Below are positions 10,001 through 16,482 of a stretch of 16,482 nucleotides of DNA, piece by piece; position 1 is the stretch's first letter; the number at the start of each line of letters is the position of its first letter. The DNA lies in assembly GCA_048268245.1 (NCBI GenBank), contig JBLWVX010000045.1, positions 1 to 16,482 on the forward strand, given 5' to 3'. This stretch comes from Arcobacteraceae bacterium. Lineage in GTDB: Bacteria > Campylobacterota > Campylobacteria > Campylobacterales > Arcobacteraceae. The notes under the pieces are model-generated. The model did no database searches. It was not told where the DNA came from and worked only from the letters and a program-made list of their open reading frames with translations. The position numbers were made by a program, and so were the translations under genes.

Positions 10001-10181
10001 AAATATCAACAGAAGCCCCAGTATAGGAACCTCTAATAGAAATCATGTCAAGTTCAAAACTAGGGAAAATCTCTTTGGCTGTTTTATTATAAGACCAAAC
10101 TCCAATAGCAAAAACTAAAATAAAAAGTGTATAGTTTACTCTTGAATTATTTACAAAAAATCTAAGTAATTTATCAAACAT
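7089..10181 (-). CDS. RND efflux transporter permease subunit (AcrB/AcrD/AcrF family)
   Basis: 1030 aa with two large periplasmic loops and a 1+5+1+5 TM pattern; TM4 GIVVDDAIVVSENI, TM10 GVVINDGII, and RFRPIIITTVTT. RBS AGAAGG lies upstream. Confidence 0.95.
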   Translation of the reverse strand: MFDKLLRFFVNNSRVNYTLFILVFAIGVWSYNKTAKEIFPSFELDMISIRGSYTGASVDILDRMAVAEIEDNLKNIDSVDNMTTVISPGRFSIVLELKKGKDKYNEANKIKDTIALVKSNLPSDMDEPTVNVLERSRSVVDISLTSTKYNTDELKPFADNLKSKILNIEGINDITIYGDSDKYFEVLLNDKKIEALGLNKNEIFNAISNISYIFPVGKIEDPKKHYYISTYNGAKNAIDFANTLIKISNKNIYIKDIATIAKKYQDSSTLYSFNGKNALSLAVEQTDTADALRIVTQIKKLLPNLEKQNPDINITIADDNSEKIADRLNIVVSNILLGIMLITILVMILINFRMSFIIAIGIPTSFVIAAIYMYFSGYTINMISLVGVLIAIGIVVDDAIVVSENIQQHIEEGHPPKEAAIMGASEMVKPVTIASLTTLFSFLPILMISGTMGEVMKLIPIALSALVVASLIESFLFLPIHAAHTLKNGAKVASWEKANKVYNSIIHFFMNWKKTFLTIFIVMVPLLTYYEFTNSKFQLFPKFDASDVKLTLKANANTTLEESFRIVQEIEREFMKKEQDFFIKSIDSVAGFRRDVGGNTENFPYVMYMTVELKKLKPSNILDKYVTPNLSFYYDEEGRERTEKSKKIAAKIKKFIEKKNFKEKYNLEEISVLEKKVGPVKSDIKIGLVSNNNQKIIKAIENLHTKIKSFEGVKSVSNSLKFGIDEIKLKVNNYGESLGLNESFIGSYLSNLYLLKKKGVSFDEKEMLDIKIKSQNKDDFESFRNSQIPLNDGTYVLLHEVVEINTLRAFEQLIKDQGEKNFYIYANVDPDIVTATEVLEKIQPTLDKIEEDGIKIILKGEAEKKKNLKNDMLLATALALVLIMLSMLYLFNSFRETFIVMSIIPFSILGVLIGHKIMGLNLSMPSMIGALGLAGVVINDGIIMMTYLKKAKTLNEIFQRATKRFRPIIITTVTTLIGMSSLIFFPTGQAVIFQPTAISLGFGLLWGTILNLIYLPVLYTITHKVRKSKS

Positions 10182-10355
10182 ATATAACCTTCTTTTATAA
10201 TAAAAAAGAAATTATATTACAGGTTTATTAATCTATTATTAATACTATACATAGATTATTTTATAAAATTTTATAAAAAACACTAAAATTCGCACTTTCT
10301 ATATTTATTAACTCTCTTTTTTTACAATTTTTTATAAAAATAAATTTAAATATGT

Positions 10356-10372
10356 GACACAAAATCGACACA
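10356..10372. repeat. Direct repeat GACACA-N5-GACACA (11-bp period)
   Basis: GACACA at 10356-10361 and 10367-10372, within otherwise very AT-rich intergenic DNA. Confidence 0.6.
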
Positions 10373-10374
10373 GT

Positions 10375-10656
10375 TTAAAATGCTGTACATTTAATATATT
10401 GATTAAATTTTCTCTCTCTACATACTACATATATAATATTTCCTTCTTTTTTTGTTGTCATATATTTATTGTCTATTCTTATTGTAACTGTTCCATATTT
10501 TTTAACTCTAATATCAATTCTTGAATCTTTTGAGTATCTCATTATATTTTTGATTTTTCCACTAAATGGTTTGTTTAATAAATCTTTTTTCTTTTTAATA
10601 TTTACATCTGAAATTAAAAAACTTATTGAAATACATAGAATAATTATATTTTTCAT
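10375..10656 (-). CDS. Small, highly basic, probably exported hypothetical protein (93 aa)
   Basis: Strong RBS (AAAGGA) upstream, N-terminus MKNIIILCISISFLIS resembling a signal peptide, alternating beta-strand-like pattern, and two C-terminal Cys. Confidence 0.6.
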   Translation of the reverse strand: MKNIIILCISISFLISDVNIKKKKDLLNKPFSGKIKNIMRYSKDSRIDIRVKKYGTVTIRIDNKYMTTKKEGNIIYVVCRERKFNQYIKCTAF

Positions 10657-10674
10657 TTATATCCTTTATAAAAT

Positions 10675-11036
10675 TTAATTAACAATTACATATTTAAAAT
10701 TATAATAATTGTCCATCATTGTTTTAATAGCTGAAATATGAAGTACTTCTTTTTTTATATACTTCATTTCATTACTATGAAACACTTTTATATGTTCATG
10801 ATTTATTGATTTTTCTTTACTATAGTTCTTACATTGTATATCTATTTTCTTTAGTGCATATTAAATCAATACAATTATCACGCTTACTTTTTCAAGTCCA
10901 TTATAATTTACTTTATAACTAAGTTCTTCAAATTTTCTTCCTGTAAGCATTTCAAAATGAATACCTTTTTTTTCATTTTCTATATAAAATTCTTTTGTCT
11001 TTTTATATTTTCTTCTTTATATTCATTACTTTTATG
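10675..11036 (-). pseudogene. Pseudogene of an Mrr-like PD-(D/E)xK nuclease, paralogous to 15592-16155
   Basis: Aligns by eye to about 15592-16016, including identical blocks 10925-10968 = 15905-15948 (44 nt) and 10887-10917 = 15867-15897 (31 nt). Lesions: 1-nt deletion near 10886 leading to a stop, an 11-nt deletion near 10840, a 51-nt net deletion near 10755, and loss of the 5' TM-coding region. Confidence 0.92.
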
Positions 11037-11133
11037 ACGTTCTTTTATTATTTTATTTTTACTTTTTTACAGTTTTTATTAGTTCAGAAATTATATTTAA
11101 AGCTTCTTCAATTTCTTTTTTTGTATTTTAGTT

Positions 11134-11160
11134 AAAACAAGTAGATTTTTTATCTACTTG
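11134..11160 (-). terminator. Hairpin terminator overlapping the lapD stop codon
   Basis: On the minus strand: CAAGTAGAT-AAAAA-ATCTACTTG-TTTT, a perfect 9-bp stem (11138-11146/11152-11160). Confidence 0.65.
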
Positions 11161-13375
11161 CTCCATATAAATTAAACTTTTTAACAGTTTGTAAGTCATC
11201 ATCTTCTTTTACATTTTCTGCAAATACTTTTATGTTTAAAAGTGATGATAATTCAGTTATTGCTTCAACAAAACTTTGTTTTGAATGATCGTTACAAATA
11301 TTATTTGTATAGTCTCTAGCTAATCTAATATAGTCTAAATTAAAGTCTTTGATATTATCAAGAGCAATAAATTTAGTTTCAAATCTTTTGATAATTATTT
11401 TTGCTTTACATTTATGTATTTCATCAGCAAAGAATTTGAATTTTTCCACATCTTTAGCTGCTGCATATGCTGTAATTGAGAATACTAACTGACTTGCAAT
11501 AGTTTTATGTGTTGATAAAGTTTTATCAAGCCAAGCAATAAAGGCAGTATTATTTATAGACTCTAAAGATAGATTGATAGATATTTCATGCTTAATATTA
11601 TTCATTATGATATGGTTGATTACTTTTTCTATAACTTTCATATCAAACTGCATAATTTTTTCATATCTTTCTGCAATTGATACAAATGTACCTATTGGAA
11701 TATCATTATCATCTTTATCTTTAGCACTAGTAAAGGCCTCTTGCATTAATATAACATCTTTATTTTTTTCATCAAGTGTTTTAGCATCAGATATGTATTT
11801 TACATTGAATTTAGAATTTTCAATGATATCAAATACTAAGTCTCTCCAAGATTCCATGTCTCTTGATAAATCATTTTTATCTCTAATATGAGCTTCGTTT
11901 GACCCAATAATAGTAGCTTTTTCATAAGCCTCCATTGCTGCTTGAAGCATTTCAGGTGTTGTTCCTATTTGATTAAAAGGAGTAGCTCCAATATGAACAA
12001 TATCTTTTTTATTGTATTCATTTGAAAGTTTTTCAAAGTTTTCTTTTAGTTTTTTTGTAAATGAAACAGCATCTTCATATGTCAAGTTTTTACCAATCAT
12101 TGCAAATTCTGAACCAAAGAATCTATAAGCTTTTGTTGTACACTTTTCATTTTCTAGTTTAGTTGACTTTAAAATATTTGCAAATTTTTTAATGAAGTCA
12201 TTTACTTCTTTGTTTGTATGGGATTTTGCAAAACTTGCTAAGTTGAATATTTTTATAATAAATACATACCCATCGTCTTTATGAATAAACATATTTTTCA
12301 TATCTGTTTCAAAATTTTGTTTTAATTCTAAAGATGTGATTTCATCTTTAGATAGTTTATGCGTGATTGACTCTAGGTTTTTGTTAAGTTTATTAATAAT
12401 TGCTTCTATTTTTGTAGACATATCATTCATTGCAATTGCTACATTTTTTATCTCAGTTGTCCAAGGAAGTTCTTTTATAGTATCAAATTTACCAACAGCA
12501 ATATTATTTGCTAATTTCTCAATTCTTTTAAGAGGTTTTAGTAGGTATTGAACAAAAATAAATAGAATTATCATAGATATTACAAATGCAACAACAGCAT
12601 AAATAATAGCCCCTTTAAACTGCTCATATAGTTTGGCATAAGCTTCTCCTGCATTTGCACTTACATAAATTACTGCTGTAGTTTTCCACCCATCAGAAAT
12701 TTCACTATATTTTTCTTCAAGATTTATAGGAACTAAATCTATAAACCATTTTGGTACATAATCAAACTTCTCTTTTCTTATAACTTGTGCAATTATCTTG
12801 TTTATAGAGAGATTTGCAAAAGTGTCAATAGTTTGGCCTTTATCATTTTGAACTGTAAAATTAAAAGTGATAGTTCCACCATTTCTATATTCGTTAGATG
12901 GGATAAAAGAGTATTTCTTTTCTTCAAGTACAAAACCTAAGTCTTCATCTTTTTGTCCATTTTCAAGTTGTGATAATTCTTGAGATATCTCTAAGTCAGA
13001 TGAATTCTCTTCAAGTTTCCCAAAACTTTTGTCAATAGAGATTTTTTTTATTTTCCAATCAAGACTATCTAAGTCTGAAGAAGCTTCAATCAAACTAGAT
13101 TCACTTATTGTAAAATGTGCATCTTCAAGTCTTATTTCTTTATAAAATCCTCTATTTGCAATAGCACTTATGATTGTTCTAATTTCTGCACTATTTTTAT
13201 CATGAATTAAAGGTTTTAAAGTCATACCTAATGATGTAGCTGTATCTTGTGCTTTTGTGATAGATTCACTTTGTAAATAAGCCTTAGTATTGTTTACGCT
13301 TATTATAAAGTTACCAAAAAATATTATAAAAAAGATAAAGGCGATTATAATATACAACTGTTTTGATAGAGACAT
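11150..13375 (-). CDS. lapD: LapD-family transmembrane c-di-GMP receptor (LapD/MoxY periplasmic domain, HAMP, degenerate GGDEF, degenerate EAL)
   Basis: N-terminus MSLSKQL, AQDTATSLG, VPKWF and SDGW (LapG-binding Trp loop) are LapD hallmarks. HAMP LKPLKRIE; GGDEF replaced by FGSEF; EAL domain lacks catalytic residues; gene lies directly downstream of lapG. Confidence 0.93.
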   Translation of the reverse strand: MSLSKQLYIIIAFIFFIIFFGNFIISVNNTKAYLQSESITKAQDTATSLGMTLKPLIHDKNSAEIRTIISAIANRGFYKEIRLEDAHFTISESSLIEASSDLDSLDWKIKKISIDKSFGKLEENSSDLEISQELSQLENGQKDEDLGFVLEEKKYSFIPSNEYRNGGTITFNFTVQNDKGQTIDTFANLSINKIIAQVIRKEKFDYVPKWFIDLVPINLEEKYSEISDGWKTTAVIYVSANAGEAYAKLYEQFKGAIIYAVVAFVISMIILFIFVQYLLKPLKRIEKLANNIAVGKFDTIKELPWTTEIKNVAIAMNDMSTKIEAIINKLNKNLESITHKLSKDEITSLELKQNFETDMKNMFIHKDDGYVFIIKIFNLASFAKSHTNKEVNDFIKKFANILKSTKLENEKCTTKAYRFFGSEFAMIGKNLTYEDAVSFTKKLKENFEKLSNEYNKKDIVHIGATPFNQIGTTPEMLQAAMEAYEKATIIGSNEAHIRDKNDLSRDMESWRDLVFDIIENSKFNVKYISDAKTLDEKNKDVILMQEAFTSAKDKDDNDIPIGTFVSIAERYEKIMQFDMKVIEKVINHIIMNNIKHEISINLSLESINNTAFIAWLDKTLSTHKTIASQLVFSITAYAAAKDVEKFKFFADEIHKCKAKIIIKRFETKFIALDNIKDFNLDYIRLARDYTNNICNDHSKQSFVEAITELSSLLNIKVFAENVKEDDDLQTVKKFNLYGASR

Positions 13376-13388
13376 GTTTTTTCCTTTT

Positions 13389-14030
13389 TTAAATTCTACT
13401 CATTAAGCTTTTCCAAGCTTTAAGATTGTTTTTTATTTTAACTGACCCTTTGTTTTTTGCTTGCCATAAGCCACTTGCGTTAAAACTATAAATAGGCTTT
13501 AAATCTTTTCTTTTTGAAGCTAATTTTAGTTTTTTATTAATATTATCTAATACAATAGGCGTTGCCTCTGGCTTATGGTAATATGTTAGAACCATATGAG
13601 CTTGGTCGTATTTACTGTTTCTTTTTTGATAGATAACATAAGTAATTCTAAGTTTTTCTTCTGGAACACCAAGTTTTTTTAAACTAAAGTATTTAGCAAT
13701 AGCGAAATCTTCACAATCTCCAGCTCCTGTACCCATAAATTCAAATGGTGTTGCCCAATAGTCTTTTTTTTTCCAATGTACAGGATCAGTTTTATATGTT
13801 ATCTTATTAAAAAAGTCATTAACATTTTTAAGTTTATATAATATTTTTTCATTTTGATTTTTTTGAAGCATTTTATCCCAAAGTTCAACTCTTTTAAAGG
13901 CTTTGTTACCATATTTTGTTTTTACTTGATTAAGTTTAGAGTTACTTATAAACTGTGTTGAACTAGCAATAGAGTTAATTATAAAAACAAAGAAGAAAGT
14001 TATGAAACTGTAAAGTAAAACTTTTTTCAA
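13389..14030 (-). CDS. lapG: LapG-family periplasmic transglutaminase-like cysteine protease (BTLCP)
   Basis: Signal peptide; DYWATPFEF, GDCEDFAIAKY (catalytic Cys), AHMVLTYY (His), VLDNI (Asp). TTG start with GGAG RBS at 14037-14040. Confidence 0.95.
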   Translation of the reverse strand: MKKVLLYSFITFFFVFIINSIASSTQFISNSKLNQVKTKYGNKAFKRVELWDKMLQKNQNEKILYKLKNVNDFFNKITYKTDPVHWKKKDYWATPFEFMGTGAGDCEDFAIAKYFSLKKLGVPEEKLRITYVIYQKRNSKYDQAHMVLTYYHKPEATPIVLDNINKKLKLASKRKDLKPIYSFNASGLWQAKNKGSVKIKNNLKAWKSLMSRI

Positions 14031-14081
14031 AACTGACTCCTTTTTAGTTTATTTAATTTTATAGTATATATCTTTAAAAAG

Positions 14082-15392
14082 TTATTTTAAAAGGGCTTTT
14101 ATTGACTCTTTGTCAATTTTCTCATCATTATATTTAATAGCAATGATTTTTTCAGTATTGTTTAAGTACCACTCATCAATACCTTCATGTTCTAAATTCT
14201 CTTTTTTGTCTAAATTGTATTCATCTATTGGAAGATAAACAAATTTTTTCTTTGTAGGGTTTGGCATAGTAATAATTAAAATTGCCCAAGCAACACAAAC
14301 AATTGCAATAGCAATTACAATAGCACTTAAAGAAGTATTTTCAAAGAACATACCACCTAGTAATCCACCTAAGAATGTACCTAAGTATCCAAAAGAGTTA
14401 AAAATACCTAAAACTAAACCTCTTTGATGAACTTTTGCAAACTTTGTTGCAAGTGATTGCATAATAGGTTCATGCATATTAAATCCAATAAAGAATAAAA
14501 CAACACCAATAATAAATACAACAGATGAACCACTTAAACCAATAACTAAATAAGAAATACCAAATAAAGCAATACCAATTACAAGGATTTCTTTAAATTT
14601 TCCTTTTTTCTCTGCGATAATTGCAGCAGGAGCCATTGCTAAGAATCCAAAAATCATAGCAGGTAAATATACTTGCCATAAATCAGACATTTGCCATTCA
14701 TATGATCTTAATAAAACCATTGGAATAATCATAAATGCAAAAGTCATTAAACCTTTTTGTAAAAAGTTTGTAATATTCATTTTTACTAAGTTCGCATTTA
14801 AAAGTACAGAACTTAACTTTGTTTTTCCATTGTATGTATGTGTAATATGTGGAGGGTTTGGAACCATTTTAAGTAAAACAAAAATAGAACCTAAAGCTAA
14901 AACCATAGTGATATAAAATAAAGACTCAACTCCTAAAGCTGAACCTAAAGTAGGACCTGCAAGCATTGAAACTGCAAAAGAAATACCAATAAACATACCC
15001 ATAGTAGCCATTGCTTTTGGTCTTTGTTCTTCTTTTACTAAATCACTAATCATTGCTGTAACTACTGCTCCAATAGCACCTGCACCTTGTAAAAATCTTC
15101 CTAACATTAAACTATAGATATCTGTTGAAACTGCACAAATTAGTGAACCTATTGCAAAAAGAATAAGTCCCATAACAATAGTACCTTTTCTTCCAAGTTT
15201 ATCACTTATAATTCCAAATGGAACTTGAAATAGCATTTGTGTTAGTGCATAACCACCAATAACAATACCTACAAGTGTAGTTGTTGCTCCTTCTAAATTT
15301 ATAGCGTATACAGATATTACTGGTAAAACTAAAAATAGACCTAAAAATCTTAGGGCTATAATTAAACTAAGTGGTAAAACCGATTTAATCAT
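14082..15392 (-). CDS. MFS transporter, YajR-like
   Basis: About 12 TM helices, LRFLGLFLVLPV, motif A GIISDKLGRKG, GRFLQGAGA, and a short soluble C-terminal domain as in YajR. Confidence 0.92.
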   Translation of the reverse strand: MIKSVLPLSLIIALRFLGLFLVLPVISVYAINLEGATTTLVGIVIGGYALTQMLFQVPFGIISDKLGRKGTIVMGLILFAIGSLICAVSTDIYSLMLGRFLQGAGAIGAVVTAMISDLVKEEQRPKAMATMGMFIGISFAVSMLAGPTLGSALGVESLFYITMVLALGSIFVLLKMVPNPPHITHTYNGKTKLSSVLLNANLVKMNITNFLQKGLMTFAFMIIPMVLLRSYEWQMSDLWQVYLPAMIFGFLAMAPAAIIAEKKGKFKEILVIGIALFGISYLVIGLSGSSVVFIIGVVLFFIGFNMHEPIMQSLATKFAKVHQRGLVLGIFNSFGYLGTFLGGLLGGMFFENTSLSAIVIAIAIVCVAWAILIITMPNPTKKKFVYLPIDEYNLDKKENLEHEGIDEWYLNNTEKIIAIKYNDEKIDKESIKALLK

Positions 15393-15537
15393 TTGTAATC
15401 CTAAACATAATATAATTTCTTGTGATTATATATAATTAATACTTAGAATTGCATATTTCCCATTATTTCGTAAAATAGGTGCTTTATTACTTTTAATTTT
15501 CTTGTTTTCTATTTCAGATAAGAAAACTTATTAAATG

Positions 15538-15561
15538 TTGGTCATTTTTTTGGTCATTTTT
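15538..15561. repeat. Tandem direct repeat TTGGTCATTTTT x2 (12-bp period)
   Basis: Exact copies at 15538-15549 and 15550-15561. Confidence 0.7.
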
Positions 15562-15591
15562 TTTACTTATTTTTATGGTAATTTATATATT

Positions 15592-16155
15592 TTAATTTAC
15601 AATTATATACTTACAATTATAATAATTATCCATCATTGTTTTTACAGCTGATATATGAAGTACTTCTTTTTTAGGAACTGCATATTTTAGTTCTATTTGG
15701 TTTTCATTTAGATTATTCTTTTTTATGTATTTCATCGCGTTACTATGGAATACTTTTATGTGTTCATGAGTTATTGATTTTTCTTTGCTGTAGTTTTTGC
15801 ATTGTATAAGTAATGTTTTTCTATTCTCTTTAGTGCATATTAAATCAATACCATTATCACGTTTACCTTTTTCAAGTCCATTATAATTTACTTTATATCC
15901 ATGCTCTTCAAATTTTCTTCCTGTAAGCATTTCAAAATGAATACCTTTCTCTTCATTTTCTATATGAAATTCTTTTTGTTTTTTTATAATTTCTTCTTTA
16001 TATTCATTACTTTCATGAAGTTTTGTTATTACTTCAGATCTTTTTTTATACAATTCTTTTTCTTTTTGTATTTTCTTTATTTTGTATATTATGAAGTACA
16101 GAACAACTAGAAACACTAACAACATTATAAGTATTGGAAAAATTATATTTAGCAT
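15592..16155 (-). CDS. Membrane-anchored Mrr-like (PD-(D/E)xK) restriction-endonuclease-fold protein
   Basis: N-terminal TM helix (aa ~3-24), charged coiled-coil linker, then GIHFE...GYKV...DNGIDLI...IQCK, the Mrr_cat-type motif. RBS AAAGGGG. Confidence 0.85.
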   Translation of the reverse strand: MLNIIFPILIMLLVFLVVLYFIIYKIKKIQKEKELYKKRSEVITKLHESNEYKEEIIKKQKEFHIENEEKGIHFEMLTGRKFEEHGYKVNYNGLEKGKRDNGIDLICTKENRKTLLIQCKNYSKEKSITHEHIKVFHSNAMKYIKKNNLNENQIELKYAVPKKEVLHISAVKTMMDNYYNCKYIIVN

Positions 16156-16215
16156 ATTACCCCTTTAAAGGCAGTATTTTACAAGATATTTAATTATATT
16201 TGCATAATATAAAGG

Positions 16216-16482
16216 TTATTTATCATTTTCTTTTATTTTTCTCATCTCTTCTTCTAGGAATTCCATTCTTTTTAATATTAAATCTACTTTCTCATCATAT
16301 TCATCTTTTTTATTTTTTGTAATAATTTCATCTTTCTTTTGTAAATTTTCATATTTTAAACCTAATTCAATAATTTTAATTAATTCTGGTTTGTCTTTTT
16401 CCCAATTATATATAGTTCCAACAGATGTATTAAATCTTTTTGCAAGTAATTCTTTTTCTTTTCTACCTAAATTTTTAATATT
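16216..16482 (-). CDS. Partial small HTH (XRE/Cro-like) regulator with C-terminal coiled coil; start lies beyond the window
   Basis: Not in the ORF track. My translation is NIKNLGRKEKELLAKRFNTSVGTIYNWEKDKPELIKIIELGLKYENLQKKDEIITKNKKDEYDEKVDLILKRMEFLEEEMRKIKENDK*; LAKRFNTSVGTIYNWE fits an HTH. Confidence 0.8.
   Translation of the reverse strand, partial: NIKNLGRKEKELLAKRFNTSVGTIYNWEKDKPELIKIIELGLKYENLQKKDEIITKNKKDEYDEKVDLILKRMEFLEEEMRKIKENDK

Noticed and set aside
9679..10026. 115-aa plus-strand ORF
   Set aside because: Antisense shadow of the RND permease.
10257..10280. TTTTATAAAA tandem palindromes upstream of the permease
   Set aside because: Pure A/T low-complexity sequence, expected by chance in this intergenic DNA.
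10469..10678. 69-aa hydrophobic plus-strand ORF
   Set aside because: Antisense to the 93-aa gene, which has the better RBS; its Phe/Ile richness mirrors Lys/Asn codons on the other strand.
11574..12551. Plus-strand ORFs 11574-11891 and 12336-12551
   Set aside because: Antisense shadows of lapD.
15901..16110. 69-aa Phe-rich plus-strand ORF
   Set aside because: Reverse complement of the Lys/Glu-rich linker of the nuclease gene.
1..16482. CRISPR array, tRNA/rRNA genes, IS transposase or integrase
   Set aside because: I saw no regularly spaced repeats, cloverleaf/T-loop signatures, or DDE/tyrosine recombinase ORFs in the window.

Overview
AT-rich chromosomal window that looks like Campylobacterota, probably Arcobacteraceae (inferred from gene content, gn-TATAAT promoters and the histidine kinase H-box style). 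The + strand carries the 3' end of a membrane-protein gene, a candidate ~127-nt small RNA, a UvrD/Rep helicase, valS, a lipoprotein and a decayed sensor histidine kinase. The - strand carries an orphan AcrB-family RND permease, a small secreted basic protein, a pseudogene copy of an Mrr-like nuclease, a lapG-lapD pair, a YajR-like MFS transporter, an intact membrane-anchored Mrr-like nuclease and a partial HTH regulator that probably marks the edge of a mobile element. Three signals stand out. (1) The LapD periplasmic output domain contains a ~109-aa insertion resembling the cadherin-like/tandem-95 repeats of T1SS adhesins. (2) A stand-alone structured sRNA candidate exposes an anti-Shine-Dalgarno-like segment. 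(3) Two diverged copies of the nuclease gene sit in direct orientation on either side of lapD-lapG-MFS. All calls come from reading motifs by eye; no database searches were run.
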